From: Ascidiella aspersa
Lineage: Eukaryota
Reading direction: 5' to 3'
DNA length: 64,000 nucleotides
NCBI GenBank assembly: GCA_963924565.1
Contig: OZ004608.1
Coordinates: 8,184,001 to 8,248,000, forward strand
Made by a program: the position numbers and the translations under genes. Positions 39,280-51,700 of this stretch are shown in pieces (the stretch's first letter is position 1; the number at the start of each line of letters is the position of its first letter). The notes under the pieces were generated by a model. The model saw nothing but the letters and a program-made list of their open reading frames with translations, did no database searches and had not been told where the DNA came from.

Positions 39280-39638
39280 CAGTGCTTTTCAACCCGTGGG
39301 ATGGTACGCACTTGTGCGGATGAAAAAAATTGTAATGCGGATGACTAACGTCGTGCGGATGAATGTGCGGATGAAAATGGTGCATTATTATTTTTTATCA
39401 TATGGAATATAGTAATTAAATAAGCTGGTGCCCCCACTTGCGTTACAGGTACAGTAATATAGTCTCGTATAATAGTTCATTGCAGCTTAAGCTATCTATT
39501 TTATATCGGTCAACGCTTAGGCATACGGTTTTAATACACAAACGCTTTCATGTTGTTTTTTCAGAATTTAAACTAAAAGCTGCAAACTTACTGCGCTTGT
39601 TTCGTGCGCATGGAAATTTTAAAGGTTGAAAAGCACTG
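39280..39638. mobile_element. hAT-type MITE just downstream of the tetraspanin D stop codon
   Basis: Perfect 15-bp TIR CAGTGCTTTTCAACC / GGTTGAAAAGCACTG; perfect TSD GTTTAGAA; internal (G)TGCGGATGA repeats. Confidence 0.9.
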
Positions 39639-39716
39639 GTTTAGAAAATCGAATCAGGTTCCCAGTATAGTTTTTAATTGTTGGCTAGTTGATATACTTT
39701 TTCACCCTGATACACT

Positions 39717-42700
39717 TTATAACGTCAGCCACACCCGGTCTACGTGACATACAATAACAAAGCAAAGCACAAGAAGTAAGATGTGCAGGGCGGTCAGGAA
39801 AAGTGCGACCGAGCCCACTGCAACCACGTAATTCTTGACCATCGATCGAATTTGTCCACCGCAGCCCTGGCAATCAAAACAGATTTTGTTCCATGGCTTT
39901 ATATTATGCGTAATATTAAGTTAAAATTGTAAGTGTAGTAGTGCTAAAAAGTACAAGTAAACCAGTAAATAACCCTGATTATGTTGTGTACACAAAGTGT
40001 ATAACAAAAATGTACAAAAACGCGTTTCACTTTAAAGAATTGTAGCAGGGGTTCCGAAAAGCAAAAAGAAACAACTAATGCTTCATGATATCGTGTAAAA
40101 ATGAATATGGTACAACACGTGGTATATATAAATTCAGTCATTTATATATAACTAAATAAAAATTAGTGATTATTGCAGGCGAACATAATACACTTATACA
40201 TGTTACATAGGCCGCCTTTCCGAAAGCGCGAAGATTACTTGATCAATAATTTCGAAAGGCAACTGTGACGATTAAACTTAAACTTCAAACTGGCGAGGTT
40301 TCATAAACAAAAGCATATTGATTAATACCTAAAAGTCTTCCCTTCCTTTAATACGTGTAGGTTTACCTTCGATATGAAAGATCTGGTGCTGTTGGTATGT
40401 TGAGTGCAAGAATTCGAGCTTGCGACTACGTTAGATGGCGAAAGAGCACAACAAGAATCCGGCCACGGCTTGGAGCTTTTGCTTGAATATTTGCTTAAAG
40501 TGTAGTCGGAACCGTTGTTGTAGCCACAGCAGTGGCGCTGTTAACAATATAGGGTCATAAATTATGAACACCAATTTCATGCAAGGCTTTGTTTTTTTTT
40601 TAGATGTACCAACGTGGCTGGTTTAGTTTTAATGCATTACCGGTGGTTATTAAGCCAAAAAAGTCGGTACATATTGGCCGACAACTTCAAGGTCTTTGTA
40701 CAATGAAGACTGTAACGTTTTTAGGCTTATTTGTTTGAGGCCTTTTCTGTTGTTATTTTAAACGCCAGGTAAGCACCATCAGCAAAACGCAGCTGCATTT
40801 GCGTTGACCATAATCGATAAGGTTTTTCTGTATAATTGATTTTCAAGTCTGCGTAGTCGGTTAAAAACAACCGTCCAACTAGGACCAAAAAAGTAAATTT
40901 GAATCCGCCTCCAGTGTCCCCACTCCATTTAATTTGCCCATTCTGTCAATTCCCGAGTCCTATTTCGACTCTAAAGAATGTACTCCGCCCTCTTACTTAA
41001 CTCAAACAGGGTATAAAAACAGAAATTCACTCAAAGGGGGTGTCATATATCTCATTCATTCTAAATTCGTGGTTGGAAAATATTCCACCCTATGCTATTC
41101 CATCTTTAGAATTTACAGTTTGTGGTCTTATCGGTTTCGAATTAGGTTCTGCGCATGCGCACGTCGGACTCGGGGCTTAAGTATAGTCCAGCGTATAGTG
41201 TCAAGTTCGGCTCCAGCAAAATAAATTAACTGTTTAAAGTACCGATCCCCAAGTCCAAAATCCGACTCCGCAGCCCTGTTGCTTTCTACCCTGAAAGCAA
41301 TAATTTAGAGGTCATAGCGCGCAACCCTGGACTTTAAATTCTAACAATAAGATACGGCCCAACAATTACGGTCAGAAATGACCAAATAAAATTGCACCTT
41401 TCACGCCTGGCAGCCTTTAGAGGCCTATTGTTGGTGGTTTGGGATTCCTTAACGATTTGACTGGTGGCTTTGCATCGGTAAACAACGGCTCTGAAATGAG
41501 CTGTTTCTACACCCGAGCTTTCATAGATATCTTATTCGGCGCGCATTAAGATAAAATTTTAATGACAAGTTTGTGCTAGCTGTTGTCGTACATTTAATAA
41601 AGGTTTCGAGCCCTCGGTTACAAATTATCAATTACTTTGTCGACCTGCAATAGAGAAATGTATTTTAAAGTGTTGCTCATAAAATATGAGCTGTGGTAAA
41701 ACAATTTAAAAACCTTCTGCAGTATTGTAGTAATGCGCATTGCACATACTGCATATAGTGCTTTCTGTGCACATGTTTCGGTCAAACTTGACGGCATATA
41801 TGACTATAAATAAATCGCTAGATAATCTGGCCAAAAAAAAGCAGTCGTTGGTAATCCTGATAACTTTTTTCAGTCTTATCTTTGTGAATTTATTTCCAAA
41901 TCTTGTATAGTTTTTCAAGCTTTCAGGTTCCTATACGCTCAAAATCAACAGTAAACAAAGCCTACATGCACAGTAATAGGTTACCTCTTTTTGCATGGCG
42001 TCCCATGCTTTGGTAATGGTGGCAGCGTAGGGGTGCGAAGTGGCGTACTGGGACTTGACTGCCGACAGGGCTGCCACCTCCAAGCTGCGTTCGGATCTAA
42101 CGGCGAATGTGAAGACCATGGTGGCTGACGATGCGTAGACAGCTGCAAGTGTGAAGAGCCCGACCGAAAACTGTGAAAAAATTCAACTAAATTTACTTTT
42201 ATGTAGACAAAATCCAAAACCGGATAGTTTGTGAGTACAGATGTCGGATAACATATGGGTTTGAACCAGTGGTGAATGTAAGCCGAAAAATAATTACTGC
42301 CGGATTTTGCATTCCGGTAAAATATGAATTGCTTTTCCGCCATTTCAAAAAAATATTTCATTTTTTACAAGGCCATATCACAAAACTTCACATTGAACGC
42401 CTAGGCTAGGATTTTCAAAGTTGCAAGCTTTGTGAAGTCTGCGTAACTTAGCGACGTAATTTTCATCGTCTACTTTCATCTCAAATCTAAACCGATAACA
42501 AGTTGTATATCGATAATCGTTCAAAACCGTTGTTTGACGTTTGATCCGATCTTACATCAATTTGTGGATTTCGGTTCGTGATGCAACTCGGCTATTTCTA
42601 TATTAAAACAGACTATTGAAAAAAGGCATTTCGACAATTAAAGCCATCAAAGCTTCAGAGCGTGAAAGCAAAGTTTGACTTAATGGCCCGAAACTCTTTT

Positions 42701-45700
42701 ATTTGTATATAAATTTTGAAACACAACTTTAAATGGCGCTTGTCAAAAATTAAACAGCCAATGTTTTAGTGTCAGTTTTTTTTTGCATTATCTGGTGTGT
42801 CGGTTTTTATACTTTTTACAAATTTGCAGCTTCAAAAAAGCCTTGCAAATATTTTGGAAGGGACGATGTATACAGTCCCAAAGTGAAAAGCGGTTGGGTA
42901 ATTTTCAGGCTGGAAGAACTTAACCCTTATCATACCAAAATCGTAAAGGAGCGGGCTCTATAAATACCACGCCAGGTGCGACTGTACCTAATAGCAGTTA
43001 TATCCCGCGGAATCTCGCGCAAGTTAGAATGAAGCACCTGCGACGAGTAATGCCTTCCATTTTTCGTCGCAATTCGATAATAGAGGCTTTTGGGATGTTT
43101 GGCTTTTTGCAGGAGCGGGGGTTAAGTAATTTTCTTCCCGAAACGCATGACAATTTTCAGACATGACGTCACAGCGGGACTTTTAAAACGAATAACCTTA
43201 GGAACATGAAGGTTATCGTTTGATGTCGTGCACAAATATGCAACTGAAATATTTGTTTAAAAACTTTCAGAGTTGTTCAAAGAAAATAGCCTGGTAAAAA
43301 ATAACATTTTTATAAACTTTAAAATGTCAATAAAAAATTTGTTATTTATTTGTACATAAAAATAAAATTTTATGAACAAAATTATTTTTAACGGTTCGGC
43401 GTATACCTGCAAAAAATATTTGAGCGTTACGCCACTTCGGACAGTTTTCGCTTACCTTTACCACGGCTTTTTAGTCGGGCAATTCGGTTTCCGATATTTT
43501 GTGACGTAATGTCACATGTTATTACGTCACCAGTTTGACATGCATGACTTTCGTTGACAAATACATATCAACGGTCTTATCGTAGGAGTGGTTTTCAACA
43601 TACAGCGAACACGCTTAGGTTGTAATTATGCGACGATACAAAGGTATTTTGAAAAATCAAACCAACACAAATTTGCACTTTCCATATATTCGGAGGCCTA
43701 AAAAAAAAACTTCGTCAGGAGTTGTTATATTTATTGGCGTTATACAAAAACAAACAAACAAGAGATGAACACCTGGTAACAAAAGAAAAGAAGAAACCAG
43801 AGTAAGCGATTCTTCACTTATTTACAAAAGGGTAAGGCAATATTTTGGAGCCTGTTGACAACAGACATCAGTTATCTTGTGTTGATAAGTAACAAGCTTT
43901 CAGGTGCTTAATAAAAGAAGAATTAAGAAGCAAGAGAACTTCATTAATAAAAGTAGAACAATTGTACACAAACACCAAAGATAAAACGCGATTTTGAAGA
44001 AATAAAACATCAGATTTTCTTTATTTTGAAGGTTCGAGCGGGCGTTAGAAACAAATGAAAAAGTATAAAAAACATAGCAGCAAAAGGTAGTTCAAGTTGC
44101 ATTTGAAAAGGGAACATAAAACAGCATTATTTGCGGAACGTTAAAAACGCGCAACTTTTTTATACGCATTCCTCGGCGATTTTAAACGAAATAGTGTACA
44201 TTTATGAAGTGAATTAAAATTCGAGTTTAGTTAATGTCTTTCCTGCCATCTTCGTATTACCACCGCAATTTACCGAAATTCTTGGAGAAGTGTTTGCTTA
44301 ATATGTTTCGGCCATATAACCATATTAAACGGCGACCCAATTTTGGGGCTCGCCCCATGGGTTGAGAAACACTGTTTTTTAGACAAACGTCTGATACGGT
44401 GTTTACCCTCGTTTTTAACTCTATTTTTTTAAGCCAATTTAAAAAGAAAAGCCGTTTTGAGGCAAGTATGGCAACAAAGAAGCTAGAAAAATTAAGAGGG
44501 ATAAAAGCTTTAAAGTTTTTAACAGGGTTCTCAAACTGGGGGGCGCGACGCTCTAGGGGGGGCGTGAAGACTTTGTAAGGGGGCGTGAAGAACTCTTCGA
44601 GAAAAAATATATTTTCCATTTATTTAATATTGTTTTCCTTACACGACTATCTCTTCCATCGTATCCAATGAAACATATTATTCGCATAGGGGTTGCCGAG
44701 TTTCAACAAATTGTTACAAAAGGGGCGCGGTCCCAAAACTTCAAGAACCGCCTTATATAGCAGCTATAGCTTGTTGATAATGCGCAAGAGGCTCTCGGGG
44801 ATTTTAACGTCGCCGAGGCGCAGAATAAAGCCGCACACAAAGGCCATGGTCTTGGCGAGCGGGGGCGGAAAGGCGATGTTGAAAGCCCAGTAGCTGGACA
44901 CCAGGGTTGCCAGGGCAGCGTAGAAATCGCCCTCGACTGTCACCTCATTCCCGTCGACGCACACACACTTGCTGAGGTCGGCGTCGATTCGGATGCACGG
45001 GTAGGCCAGGTCCGGTTGCTATGGCGACATTTGGTTTTGTTATTGTTTTGTTAAAGGGTTGTCATACGTTTTCGTGTGAAAATATTTAAAGATATTCAAC
45101 TCTTCTAAGGAAACTTTTTAGGTTTTTTTTTAAGACCTGAAATTGGAAAAACTAGAAATGCTTTGAATGAAATTTAAAAACAGAATAGTAAACGTATTGA
45201 TGAACCTACTAGAGTTAAAAAAAATATTTTACAACGGCTTCTTCTAAACATATAACGTAAGCTGCAAATAAAATAAATTTAAAGAGTGTTCAAACTGTTG
45301 AAAAAACATAGAAGTCTTTTCAAACAAATAGCGATTATACTCCTTTTATATTTTAAGCTTTAATTTCATATTTATTTTTCGGTAAAACATTTTAAGTTTT
45401 TCACCAATGGCATTATTTTTTTATTTTTTTGAATATTCATTAACATCATGGAAAATTTGTTTATAATGGGTTACTGCGCTACTTAATACATCAGGTAATC
45501 ACTGGCCAAAAATATTTGTTCATCACTGCAACGAATATAGATACCTTTATATTAAGATGTTTAAAATAACTCTGCAAGGCAAATAATTGAATCAATAAAT
45601 TGTTCAAAACTACTGGTTGCACAAATGAACTTACCGCTTTGTACGCTGCAAAGTGCTTCACGTTTTCGCAAAAGATGAGAGGAATTTGGATTATCCAAGC

Positions 45701-48700
45701 CGTCAGCGTAGTGTCTCTTTCTGCGCATTCACGGACAAGATTTTAAATAAACAACCCGGCAAATGAACATTAATTAAACAAAAAAGGCACCATTCTTATT
45801 GAATGCACAGACAAGGTTTCAAATAAAGACAACTGTCAAAAAAACAATAATATATTTGATCAGGGTCGTGAGTTCAATCTCACCGCAGGCTAAATTTTTC
45901 GAGCATAGCCTTGCATGCACTTCAATATAATTAGACGAGAAGTTTTAAACCTGAAGGGAATTCTCATTTAGGTTGGGATTTTTTAGCTTTAACGGGGATT
46001 GAATTTGACCAAATAAAATACATTAGAGCTGTGAGTGAAATTTGGGTTCATATGCATATTTGATTCAAGTAATGAGGAGAGACCAATTTGAAATCTAAAC
46101 ATAGCAGGTCGTTTTCGTAAGCGAGAAAAAACTTTGACTGAAGCGTAGAGTTCCTTATTATTACGTCACAACTAACAATGCACTTTTTGAGCACTTCGTT
46201 ATTTACTTTGCCGCTGGTCTATTAACCAATCGACTCTTGTACATTAGTCAAGGGTCGTTACCTCGAACCTCAGGAGTCCAGTCTTGCCTTGTTAATCTTT
46301 AATCGTAATTAGGACGACTGATTTTCGGTTTGAAAGTACCCGGTATATAATAAAGTCAACATTTGTTTTTTTTATTTGCTGATTTATATTACCCACCAAT
46401 CAATTCAACGAACTCAGATGGTAGTTTGTTCGGGTTGAGGTGTAGTTTAAGTTGGGAAAGCTTGCTGAGTCGTAACTCGACAAGGACGTCTTTGCCGGTG
46501 AGTTGGCGCATTTCGTGAAGAAGCTGTAAACAAACGGGTAAGATAAGGAGGGTTATATAGGTTTGTGATCGGGCCCAGCAAAATACACAAAGTACGCTAC
46601 CTTTTTTATTACTTCGCTACACCCTGCTAACAAAAAATACGAAAAAAAACCTACAGGAAAAGAGTCAAAAAAATAAAAAAATAAATGTAAAACTACAATA
46701 GACACATCTGTGCCAAAAGTCAACACTTAAAATTTGGACGCGGTAATCGTCTGAAAGTTAAGTTTTTTTGAACGTGTAACGTTGGTGTTAATTTCGTCCG
46801 CGTGTTTTTGCTTTGTTGGACAATGTTTAGTTTACCCAATTCACCCTAAAAACACCAAGCTATGTCAACAATAAATGTCTTGCTTAAAATAACCAATATT
46901 GTTTTTATATATATGGCCAGGCCAACTGAAATGAAATAAATTCTGTTTTTCGAGCCTTGTGTGATTAATTAATATTAGTTGCATATTTGCACATCAGTCC
47001 AATCGAGAAGAATGTAGTTCCTAATATTACTAGTATTATGACGTCCCACTACATCACATAGCTGAAAAAATATGGCCCACAAGTAAACATCCTAGATCTG
47101 CCCCACATGTATGTCGCACCATTTTGTAGTGAAAAACAAAATGGAAAACGCACCCATTCGGAATTTTTCAGCGGCAGGTAAGTTTTCAAGACGTTGGCTA
47201 ATTGGTCTTTGTGCTGCAATTGCTTCCTTCTTTGCTCGAAGGTGCGGTTAAGAGCGTTCCTCACAACCTCCACTGAAGGGTTGATCTTCTGCATTTCTTC
47301 TTGAATAACACGGATGTGCTGACCGGTGACAAGGTCGTCCTGAAGGTCGGGGTACTGCAAGGCAGGGGTGGGGATCAGGGCATGGGCAAGATAGACAAGC
47401 AAAATATAGTGCCCATGTGAGCTTAAAATGACGTTTCTTTTTTTTGTGAACTGATTTAGAGCTGACTCACCAAAAATACACTGTAAGAGGTGTAGGTGCT
47501 TTTAAAGCAAAATCAGTATATTTGTGGGGTTTAGCGAATGTTTATTTTTAGAAGTTGTTTTACAGCTTGGGTCTTACAACATTTTTTTGAAGACCACTAA
47601 TATAGTGGTAAAGCAAAGGGTCAAAACAAGAAAAACATAATAATTTAGTAGGAAATGATAGAATTGCAATTTGTAGCCCTTTTTGGCAGGGGCATAACTC
47701 ACAGGCCATAAATATCCTACACCTTAATATGCATGAATCACTAAAAAAAGGCATGATTGGGGCATACTTATAAAATCAAAAATTATTAGTGGCACACTTC
47801 CTTACCTGACAATCAACCCTAATACACAGTAGGGCAATATGTAAAGTATTAATATTAATTAACATTACACAAAAAATCTTACCTCCGCTGCCAGTGAGTC
47901 AAAATGCCGTCTGGGCCGAAGAACAAGTGGAAGTGCTGTAATATCTTTCAGACGCTTTCTTTTTGCAGAATACTTTTTCTGCATCAAGAGTCGCGTTTCG
48001 TTTTTGGGGCACCGCCTTCGAAAATCCTTGTAGCGATTTCTGAGCATTAGAACCCACGAGTTCTGAAAGGCAATGAGGTAGTCTGGAATGTCTTTTCAGA
48101 AGATTTAAACTCCTGCATAACCTCCGACCAAAACTCAATTTGCTTTGCCTTTAAGTATCTCACTATATAAAATCTTCTAAAAATTCAGATGGCAACAAAA
48201 ATCAGAATTGTTATCCGTTTTACTCAATTTCTTCTTGTAGCATATTATTAAATTGCTTTAAAAAGTTTATTTTGTGTTGCCAATGGAAAATATTTAAATT
48301 GTTATCAACTACCCCCAACTATTATTACTACTTGGATTGGTGTTATGTCAGGTAATTAAACATCACCATTTCTAATCATTCCTGCCTTAGACAGAGTAAC
48401 TTATAACTGCTACTTAAAAAACAATATATATCATTTAACAGAAAAAAAACTTACATAATATGCACCTTTAGTTGCAATGCGGTCCCGAAGGACAGGAAAC
48501 TTTTCCACAAGAGTATGACCAACAATCCGGTACTGACATGGCTGGGGATACCTACAATACAGAAACAAATTAGACAATCCATCGCAAAACAAACTGCTAT
48601 AATATAATTATACAATGTAATCATTTAAGCCAAAAAAATTGACCAAAGAAATAGAATACAAATTGACATCACTAAAAAAAGTTATTTACATACTTACAAA

Positions 48701-51700
48701 GTGTACTTGGTCATTGCATTAAACAGAATGTTGACAATTTTGTTGCGGATTCGACTCAACACGTAGGGCCAGGTACCTTTGGCCACCATTTCAATATGAT
48801 CAGTTATAACTTGACCGAATGGAGGCAATTCGTAGGTGGCTGGCCAACCTTTAGTCTTAAAAGTCCATTCGTCAGACGATGAATCAGTATTCGATTGACT
48901 GGATGTTGCTTGCTTTCGCTTCTGTTCCCTTTTGACAATTTCAAGTGTGCTGTTAACTTTCTTCCTTGACTTACCAATTGAGTTTTTGCTGCATTTAAGC
49001 ATCTTAATGCTTCCACCACTAATCTCAACTGGTTCATCAGTCTTCTGGCTCTTTTCAAGAGAAGATAGATCGTCGCTTGGCAAGAGGGGCTCACTCTTAT
49101 CGATGCTTTCAAGCAGCTCGACAGTTCCGTCGCTGACTTCCACCAGTTGCATCGATTTTGCATCCCCGTCCATGTCAACAATGCTTGACGCATCGCTTTC
49201 GGTCACATCACTTTGGCCAAAGCTTTCAAGGTGGTTTGAGAAGTTTTTAAAACTATTGTGTTGTGTAGAGGCACCTTGGTCTAAGTGCAATAAAGTGGAA
49301 TTATGATGTGCTGGTGGAGCGTCCAACTGCAGTTGGCAGCTATTGTGGTGTGCTGAAGGAGAATTGTGTTGAGTTGAGGGACCAGGCAAAGAGGTATTGT
49401 TTGTTTGTAGCAAGCTGCCATCTAGGTGCAATAAAGAGGGGTTAAAGGGTTCGTCAAATACAGAAAGCAGCCTTAGCTTTGATAAGGTAGGTGGAAAGCT
49501 ATCTCCTTTCATCACATCAATCCATTCTTCAAAGTTTTTGTTATACAGCTGGAGTCTTATTCGTGAGAAATTTTCAATGTTAAGCTTCATGATTGCCTTT
49601 GACATCAGTTCGCCAAAGTTCCGCGCTTCTATTACAATATTAAGGTTTTCATATTTCACAAGGTACTCTCCCAAATCGTAAGATTCAGGATTAATCGTTC
49701 GGTACCTGCGCGGTTTCTTGTCTAGGCCACCATGATATCGGTACAAATGTGTCCTGAAAGCCTTGTATGTTGAACAGCACTTATAGCATTCTGGAATTTT
49801 GCAAGTCAGATCTTTGAGGTCAGTGTCTCTATGATCATTGCGAAGATGGTAGAGCAGATTGCTGTGTGATGTGAACATTGCCTCGCAAAGGGGCGATGGA
49901 CATTGCATGTCTATCGTGGTTGTGAAAACAATCCAACCACAGATTTATAAACAGTTCAGCTGCAAAAATCATAAAATACTACTATTCTAATTTTAGAGTT
50001 TTTGATAGTAGTTTCAAGTATGATTGATATAGTAATAGTATGATTGATATATAGTATGATTGATAGAGCCAAAAGCATAACTTACCAAAAATTGTATGGT
50101 AATTTGTTCCTATTCGTTAACTCACTTGTTTTTTATGTTTATTTTAAATGTTGAATGACCACAAATCAACAGGCCGGATTTCCATTATTCTTGCTTGTCA
50201 GTTTGGTGCAGAGTATAAATGGTATTTTATTCTTTTTAGACTCGCCTAATCAACTTCTCTTGCACTTCTACCACCAACTATGCAGCTAAATAATTTCTGA
50301 TATTGTCAGTTGCTGCGTATGCATGTCTTTCAAAACACGTGGGATTAAACACATATTTAATAACAAACCTAGAAGTACAAAAATACTTCTGCAAAACCAA
50401 CAAGTGCGATTACGCCGTATCTACATTATTGAACAACTTATTCCTTTTGCGCCAAACACTAAGCAACTCGCCAGTACGAAAACTCCTAAACAGTCTATCT
50501 AATTGACGGTTTCAATGGGCGCCGTTGGTCTGCAGTGCGCACATAAAAAGGTGCCGACAATCCTGTTTTTCGCCGCACTGCTTCTGTGCGCTGTTGTTTT
50601 GCTGAGAAAGCAAATATCCTAAAATTCAGGCAGCCTAAAAAACTGGAGCCTGTCGCCCTTTTAATGCCCTACTGAAGTCCTAAACTCTTGCTAGCGGTAA
50701 CTACGTAGCGTCGGACAAAAGGCAAACAAAGGGTGGGAAAAACGATACGAAGGGTAGGTCGAGTGGGAAAAAGGCAGCGGCGGATTTTAGGAGTGGCGTT
50801 TTTGAGGGTCGACGTATTGTAGGAAAACTGAAGGTTGGTTTTTCGCGATTGTTGAACGACTGCTGGACGACAGTTTGAAGTTGTTTTGAATTTGACGCGA
50901 CCAGGCGTTACCGATTTGCTATGGCGACGCTAATTTCGACGCGCGTTACAAAATTCGACATTTCTATACAAAACACCCAAACTTTACGTTTTACAATGCT
51001 GCAAAGTGCAGGCATAGGCAACATTATAATTTGCAAAACACCCCCATAAAGGGGAAATAATTTACCTGAATTAGCGGCGAAGTCGTCCGTTTTGCAATGT
51101 CAATATATCCAATAAAAACAAATACCAATCATAACACCTCAAAGCTTGTTGTAAGATATTATGTTTTAGTTCGCGAGACTAAAGCTGGCCAAATACTGCA
51201 TTTAAATATTCCATTCGGCGACTATACGTTTTTGCATACGGTACCAGTAGTGCTATATGGCAAAAAAAACTTTTCTGTTTATATTCCTTCACCCGTCAGG
51301 TCATCAAGATATAAATTGAGTTATCTGGAAATACAACCAGCATTCTAGCCTACTTATATTTTAGCTTAGGCTTAGTTGTTTTTCAAAAATGAATTTTTTA
51401 TAAGTGATACTTGAATTGCTTTTTCGTCACCGTACAATTAGATGATGTCTATTCTATCTACTCGACCTTTTTGGTTTGTAAATTCATTATCAAAATTCCA
51501 ATAACCCATTATTTTTTTAATCATTTTTTCTGTTAATCGTAAACAAAAACTCACCAAGGCGATGAGCGCTTTGTTGTCCTTTAGGGTGCCGGCCAGGCCC
51601 CACAGGCTAACCACTATTGTAATGGCGCCACCCCCGATGAGACAGTAGGTGGAATCCTCAAACAAGTCGAACCGCGTCAGAAACAGCTGGCCAACGCGCG

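Noticed and set aside
45861-45890. GTGAGTTCAATCTCAC T-arm/B-box-like hairpin
   Set aside because: No A box, anticodon arm or acceptor stem; at most a SINE fragment, not a tRNA.
42200-51500. An intact DNA transposon enclosing the nested gene
   Set aside because: I could not find matching terminal inverted repeats, a TSD or a transposase ORF by eye.
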